A stretch of DNA of 63,984 nt, the filler included, from Stramenopiles sp. TOSAG23-2 (lineage: Eukaryota): the NCBI GenBank assembly GCA_900128395.1. It is 5 parts of 5 records of this genome, joined end to end, with 100 filler letters (N's around TTAATTAATTAA, not from the genome) between each part and the next. Parts side by side here need not be neighbours in the genome. Positions count along the whole stretch, not along the records: positions 51,997 to 63,984 come from LT649885.1; 4 more parts are not named here. The stretch is one strand, 5' to 3'. The notes under the pieces are model-generated. The model was not told where the DNA came from. It saw nothing but the letters and a program-made list of their open reading frames with translations, and ran no database searches. Made by a program: the position numbers and the translations under genes. Positions 57,486 to 63,984 of the stretch are shown piece by piece; within the stretch, counting starts at the first letter, position 1; each line of letters begins with the position of its first letter.

Positions 57486-58073
57486 AACGTTTTTGTGGTG
57501 GTTTTGTACGCTTTTTGTACTAAAAGAATACAATAAATTGACCTATGGGATATCACTCACCTGCCAATTCTATTCGCTTACTAAACGTTTTTGTAGTGGT
57601 TTTGTACGGTTTTTGTACTAAAAGAATACAATAAATTGACCTATGGGTACATTACTCGCCTGCCAATTCTATTCGCTTACTAAACGTTTTTGTGGTGGTT
57701 TTGTACGCTTTTTGTACTAAAAGAATACAATAAATTGACCTATGGGTACATCACTCGCTATTCGCTTACTAAACGTTTTTGTGGTGGTTTTGTACGGTTT
57801 TGGTACTAAAAGAATACAATAAATTGACCTATGGGGATATCACTCCCTATTCGCTTACTAAACGTTTTTGTGGTAGTTTTGTACGCTTTTTATACTAAAA
57901 GAATACAATAAATTGACCTATGGGGATATCACTCGCTATTCGCTTCCTAAACGTTTTTGTGGTAGTTTTGTACGGTTTTTTGTACTAAAAGAATACAATA
58001 AATTGACCTATTGGGACATCACTCGCTATTCGCTTACTAAACGTTTTTGTGGTGGTTTTGTACGGTTTTTGTA
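57486..58073. repeat. Minisatellite, 89-99 bp unit, about 6.4 copies
   Basis: AACGTTTTTGTGGTGGTTTTGTACG...AAAAGAATACAATAAATTGACCTATGGG...TATTCGCTTACTA recurs at about 57486, 57584, 57683, 57772, 57861, 57950 and 58040. Confidence 0.95.
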
Positions 58074-58811
58074 ATGATTATTTATTACAATGCTATCAAA
58101 TGGACGAAGCAGATACAGGGATACAGGGATATCGTAGTTGGTAGTATATATATAAATATATTATATATTATATTATTATGTCCATATCCTATATTATTGC
58201 ACTATATTATTGCCTGGATTGCCAGGATTGCACTATATTGTGTCACATTGTCACAGCAGTCAGCAAAGTGATAGCTACAATATTGTATACTAGAATACAA
58301 CAGTTTGTACTAATATATTTTGTAAAAACGGCCGCTATACCCGGACTCGAATCTTCACAGTTGCAGAATATTTCTTTTGTTCTTTCGTATAATGCTATTT
58401 GCATGTTGTTTAAAACCGGAACCGAAATTGAAGTTGGGAGACCATACGTATATAATCCGGATAAATACATGTTTATGAAATTGAAATACAAAACGGTACA
58501 GTATGAAAAACAATGAATAAAATGGGATACCAAAAAACATATATGATATGTTTTTGTAAATCGATGCTCCTTTCTTACAGCCATTTAATAAACAACATAC
58601 AGAATGGATTCTCTCCACTTCTCTTCTCGATGTTGAGAAAGATATAACTTTTTAAAAGAAATGACGTCGTATTCAATCGTTCGTTGTTGAAGATAATTTA
58701 CGGAATTGATGAAAAAAAAGATATTGACCAGAAGACTCCAACAACAACAACAACAACAAAAGTTGTTAATAATTCTTCCATTAAAAGAAATTACTTCAAC
58801 AATTTAATTTT

Positions 58812-60308
58812 ATGAAAAATATGACGACTAATAATACTATTGGCAGCAGTTGCATTTATAAGATGGCGTTTTTAAGAACGTTACCCAACAATAAATATTT
58901 AGAAAAACACAACAATCAAATTCTGTCATTACTTGATGCTACTTTTCGTGGTATCGGTCAAGTTTTTTTCATGAATTCCCCTATCACTGGTTTATTTTGT
59001 CTTATTGCTATTATGGTTCATAATCCAATTATGGGTCTTGCAGCATTTTTATCATCTTTTCTTGCAACGTCATTTGCAAAACTATTAGATTTTAATAAAG
59101 ATTTGACTGCAGCTGGTATATATTCATATAATGCTTGCCTTTGTGGATGTGCGCTGATTGTATTTTCTGGTAATATTATTGGGGCATGGGTTGGGATTAT
59201 TATTACATCCATGTTATCCGTATTAGTAACACAATGTGTCGCGAATGTAAGCGTGCCAATAGGCATTACACCGTTAACATTCCCATTTCAAGTGTCTACA
59301 TGGTTATTTCTATTAACTATACAAGTTTCTAGCCATACAACAACGCGTTATGGCTTGGTACCTGCTTTAAATAACCACATATCGAACACAACGATTGTAA
59401 CAAACGCAGCGATTTATACTCCACAAATTTATGATGGCAATATGTTCATATATAATATTTTGACTGGTATAGCGCAAACATTTCTAGTAAACAATTGGAT
59501 TAGCGGAGTATTGATGACTATTGGTATATTTCTTTGTTCCCCAGTAAGTTGTTTTTGGACAATATTTGGTTCAACCGTATCGACACTCGTTGCAATGGCG
59601 TTAGGGGCAAGTGTTGAAAGTATCAATGCTGGATTGCATGGATACAATGGGTCATTAGTTGGAATTGCATTAGGTGGTTTTTTTATTGTACATGATAATG
59701 AAAAATCCAATGGTGGTCGATACAAACATTTATTATTAACATGTTTTGCAATTTTAATTACGCCTTTCTTCACATCTGGAACTGCTGCTTTTTTTACACC
59801 AGTCGGCCTACCAGCGCTCACATGGCCATTTACAATCGTAACATGGATCATGATGATAGCTCTAAAAGATATATCTGGTATTAAACATGTACCTATAGCA
59901 CAATTATCATGCGCTGAAGATCATTATGAACACTATGATGCGATATTTAAGAACGATGAAGATGATGCATCGACATTGTTAAATAATAAAAATAATGATG
60001 ATGATGTAAAATCAATAGAATCAGCAAAAAAGAAAAAAATAATTGATAATGATGAATTTGACATAGAAAATCCATTACGACTACGTAGTGAATTGTCTAT
60101 TGAAGAAGAAAAGGATGCAATCACAACATTAAATGTCATAAAACCAGCAAAAGATAATAAAAATAAAATTAATAATGATAATGACGATGAAGATAATAAT
60201 AACAGTAATAATGATCCTCCGCCAAGACAAAACATTCGCCTAGTTGCAGTTAAACGCATGAAAAAAAATAAGAGTTTTGATGATTTGCGTAAATTAGATA
60301 AGAAGTGA
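58812..60308 (+). CDS. Urea transporter (UT/SLC14 family)
   Basis: Internally duplicated halves RGIGQVFFMNSPITG / TGIAQTFLVNNWISG, GIYSYN / GLHGYN and LTFPF / LTWPF. About 10 TM segments. Confidence 0.92.
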   Translation: MKNMTTNNTIGSSCIYKMAFLRTLPNNKYLEKHNNQILSLLDATFRGIGQVFFMNSPITGLFCLIAIMVHNPIMGLAAFLSSFLATSFAKLLDFNKDLTAAGIYSYNACLCGCALIVFSGNIIGAWVGIIITSMLSVLVTQCVANVSVPIGITPLTFPFQVSTWLFLLTIQVSSHTTTRYGLVPALNNHISNTTIVTNAAIYTPQIYDGNMFIYNILTGIAQTFLVNNWISGVLMTIGIFLCSPVSCFWTIFGSTVSTLVAMALGASVESINAGLHGYNGSLVGIALGGFFIVHDNEKSNGGRYKHLLLTCFAILITPFFTSGTAAFFTPVGLPALTWPFTIVTWIMMIALKDISGIKHVPIAQLSCAEDHYEHYDAIFKNDEDDASTLLNNKNNDDDVKSIESAKKKKIIDNDEFDIENPLRLRSELSIEEEKDAITTLNVIKPAKDNKNKINNDNDDEDNNNSNNDPPPRQNIRLVAVKRMKKNKSFDDLRKLDKK

Positions 60309-60390
60309 TATATTTTTTTATTAAAATGCAAACAATGAAGAACAACATGTATATATAATAATGTCGTTCGTAAAAAAACGTTTTGTTCTT

Positions 60391-61554
60391 TTACTCCAAA
60401 AGCTTGTGTTCATATTGCAGTAAGGAACAAGAAAAAATATGTAATATAATAATAAATAATACGAGTCGTAAATATAATAATAATAATTGTAAACTTGACG
60501 GTGATAATAATATTTGATCTTCATCCTCAATCGTATCGTTGACACGATGGTACATGGTTTTGAATTTTTCTGCTTCTTCTATTTTATGCTTTTTATATTG
60601 TATAACAAGAAATATTAAACATGTCATACACATCGCAGCAGAAAATCCAGAGATTAGACCATATACTATTAATTGATCTGTCATATTATTATTATTATTA
60701 TTATCATCATCTCCATTACCACCTATAACTATATGATCTGGAATTAAACTATAACACATACCATTTGTAACATTACATGTTGTATGTTCACGTTCGCATT
60801 TACATGATGTACACGATGGTCTCGGTGCGATTGGTAATGTAGTACATTCGCCCAGTACACATTTGTTTTCTTCATAACATGTATTTCCACCATCTGGTGT
60901 GGATGCTTTATTACATGTTTTTTTTGGTGTAAAGCAATTTTTTTCCTTTTCATTACAAGTATTATTACAAAATTGTTGATTTTTAATACACGGATTACCT
61001 AAATGTTTCGAACATTGTGATATTTTCGAAGTTGCATCGTATATGCATGCGTCTTCTCCATTGCAAAAGATGCCGTCATTACATTTGGTACCAGTCGGTG
61101 CTGGTGTCCATTTGAATTGATCTACAACAGGTTGACATGACCTATATATACAGTAATTGTCGTTATATAAATAATATAATGTTAGTTAGATTTTTGTTTA
61201 TATTATAAATGATTGGTTTGATTTACGATATAAAATTTATCCTTCTGAATCAATTACTTACATTTGACAAACACTTTTACCAGTACTATGTTGTGTAAAT
61301 AAATGATTTTTCTTTACACAAAAATTTCTTATATAACAATATTCATTTGAAGATGGTACGCAACCAACATTATCAACACATTTTGTACACGTTGGGTCGC
61401 AATAATCGGTTTTATTTCCAGCATTCGTACATGGAATGTAATCCCCATGAACTGCTGTACTACTACACGTAATAATTGTTAAAATTACAATGAATACACA
61501 ACATATGACATAAATATTCGACTGCATTTTGTTATTGGCACTGTATCGCTTCAT
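60391..61554 (-). CDS. Cys-rich type I membrane protein; exons 61554-61262 and 61141-60391
   Basis: Signal peptide. The intron 61142-61261 (GTAAGT...CTAAC...TAG) joins in frame to CNDGIFCNGEDAC and further Cys repeats, then a TM segment (LIVYGLISG...FLVI). The tail is affected by the 44-bp inverted duplication. Confidence 0.8.
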
Positions 61555-62393
61555 TTCAGTTATTTTTTCACGGTTATTTTAATAGTTGTCCTTTCGATCA
61601 ACGTGGTTAAAATTGTGATTATATTTGTGTGTATCGGTGTGTCTGATGGCACGTGCGGCACAACTATTAAATTTACGTCACAAAATTGGTTCAAACTGAA
61701 ATAAATTTAATTTAATTATATATATAAAATATAATAAAATAAGTATTCACCGTACCTATGCAGAATCAAAACTACCAGGATAGATATGTCACTGAGAATG
61801 TTAATAACAAGAACAACAACAACAACTTGAAACAGAGAGAATTACGATTTGCATGCATTAAGAGAAGCAAACATGTTTGATCGGTTCAACCAATATGCTT
61901 CTACATCGAATGTATTTTAAGTCGTTTTTCTAGGCGTGACGCGTGACGAAGCGATTTACATTCAACCTTGAAATAGCATCGACATAGCACTGTACTACAA
62001 ATTTTTCATTTTCGAACAAGTTTTTTTAAAACGGTACACTATTGAAGTATGGAAAATAGCCATATTGCCCCATTGTTGAATTCCGCCTAAACTCTTTCAT
62101 GTTCCTATTAGGGTACCTATTATAAGGTATATTGGTAAATCTAAAAATTGAAACTTGAGATATGGAGAAGAAGAAGCCCGACCTGGCCGAGCCCCTGCCA
62201 GCCTGGCGAGGCATATATATTAAATAATCACAATCTATAAATCAAAATCATATATATCACACAAATATAATGATGGTTAAAATCTAAGTTATAATATTTT
62301 TACACTTCTCGTGTTAAGTACTCTCACACATATATATATACAGTTATACATACATATACATAAACATAAATACATATAGATACACTGTAAAAG

Positions 62394-63984
62394 ATGATGA
62401 GAAGCATAGGTATTGTTTTAACAATATTATTAATACATCTACAATATGTATCATTATCTCTGTTTCATCTATTCTTGTGGATGAAGATCAAATATTATTA
62501 TCACCGTCAAGTTTACAATTATATTTAATTAACCCAACAAATGAAGAAATAATTATAAATAATGAAAAACAATATTTTTTCCATACCTCTATTGGTATAA
62601 TATTTAAAAATCCAAGAGTAATGAAAAGTTTTGATAATATTTGCCATGATTGTACCTTATGTTTTGGTACTGCTCGTTGCAAATATCTTTATGATGATGA
62701 TAGCGATGATACGTTTTCCGCGTATAAACCTATAAAACGTTTAAATGTTCCAATATTTGACTTTCAAAACAATAATAATAATAACAACGTTGTAAATATA
62801 ACTTTGCGTAATGGTTGGAAGGTGTTGACATCAATAGAATATAATTTCAGTTTCAAATATTACAAGGACAAAGACATTGTTATCGATACTGATATTAACG
62901 ATCATAGTATATTATTGAATGATGATACAATGGTTGATGTAGAAACAAGAAGCTTGAAAAATATACCTACCCCTCCAACAATATTATCTTCAACACAAAT
63001 ATTATCATCGTTATCGTCCATAGTTCCTGGTTTGAAATTATCCTTTGAATATCCTCCAAACGGCGTTGTTGTACGAACACCTAAAATGATTGTGAGTATG
63101 GCATTGAATGTTGAAGATGAAGATGCATTTAATAAGAAATATAATCCTATCCAAGATTTTTTATATGTCTGTTTTGATTTAGAAAAAAAAACTAATTTAT
63201 TAAATGTAAAACCAATTTCAAAATCTGGAAAATATAGTCGAGATTTTTGTTCTGAATTTAATGAACCTGGTATTAAATTATCTGGATTAGGCGATGGGAT
63301 GTATGCATTGACAGCATGGCTTGTTGATAATTCCACTGGAAAATATATGGATGTTATAACCAAAAACGCATCAAGCATTTTTGAAATACGCTGCAAATGT
63401 GGACAGAAAGAAACATGGTTTGCTGATGGACCTATGCCACCATACTTGCCATATGCAGAACGATTTAAAAATTTACCTACAGGACATACCGCAATACCAT
63501 GGAAACATGATAATTCACAATTATGGTTGCCACCATATAAATTATTACCTCCAACTGTTGCCAATGCATGGCATCGTGAAAAGCGAAAAGTGACTCTAGT
63601 TGTCGGGGTAAAAGTTGCTGCAACAGCTTTTGATTATCGCAGTGCATTGCGCGAGACATGGTTTAATCGCAAAAAAGATCGGAACGATTGTGCTTTTTGG
63701 TTTGTAATTGGTTATCCAGATGAAAACGAAAATAAGAAATTATCAAAAGACGTCATTCAGAAATTAATTGAAGAAGCAAGGACATATAATGACATGTTAT
63801 TAGGACCAAATCCTGCGTTTTTAGAAGCAAATTTGCCATTTCCGTGGGTCTTGTTTAATGTGAAAGATTCTTATTACACATTAGTAGAAAAGACGGTCAC
63901 ATTTATGACATTTGCAAGCATGACTTATAATTTTAAATATCTTTTCATGTGCGATGAAGATATTTATTTACGGGTTGATATCGA
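62394..63984 (+). CDS. GT31 (Galactosyl_T) glycosyltransferase with an N-terminal extension; runs off the window, 5' structure uncertain
   Basis: A long open frame absent from the ORF track (no stop in the window) reads LVVGVK..A..FDYRSALRETW...FWFVIG...EEARTYNDML...DSYYTLVEKT...FKYLFMCDEDIYLRVD. ATG 62394 is out of frame with it, so a frameshift or an intron (for example 62410-62486) is needed. Confidence 0.8.

Noticed and set aside
57486-58073. CRISPR array
   Set aside because: The variable segments are short and homologous to each other rather than unique spacers. There are no cas genes and the context is eukaryotic.
58047-58618. Short ORFs next to the minisatellite, and a tRNA-like TTCGA on the minus strand near 58345
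   Set aside because: No protein motifs and no cloverleaf could be built.
62902-63659. Minus-strand 220-aa ORF and other short antisense ORFs in the track
   Set aside because: They are shadows of real genes on the opposite strand (here GT31).

Overview
AT-rich, gene-dense and intron-poor eukaryotic nuclear DNA. It probably comes from a flagellated protist (IFT57, kinesin-13-like motor, GT-AG introns with CTAAC branch points, poly-Asn/Gln tracts); a marine stramenopile-like lineage is only a guess. The window is not one locus: five contigs are joined by artificial 100-nt N44-TTAATTAATTAA-N44 linkers. The contigs are at least 12924, then 12912, 12906 and 12854 nt, plus a partial fifth, so they look size-sorted and adjacency across linkers is meaningless. 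About 28 genes or gene fragments are recognisable. The most notable observations are: (1) a PEX5-type PTS1-receptor TPR domain fused to FKBP, on the same contig as two PTS1-bearing enzymes; (2) a NEK6/7-like kinase fused to IFT57; (3) a GNPTG-like MRH lectin fused to an OTU protease; (4) a secreted protein with a peptidoglycan-binding-like C-terminus; (5) a perfect 44-bp inverted duplication read in the same frame in two divergent genes; (6) pervasive 75-120 bp tandem duplications, two intergenic minisatellites and a long foldback; (7) recurring intergenic CCWGG/CTAG islands and TACWGTA heptamers. Several frameshifts and one chimeric junction may be assembly errors. No CRISPR array, rRNA, tRNA or transposase was recognised. 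All family calls come from motif recognition by eye, not from database searches.
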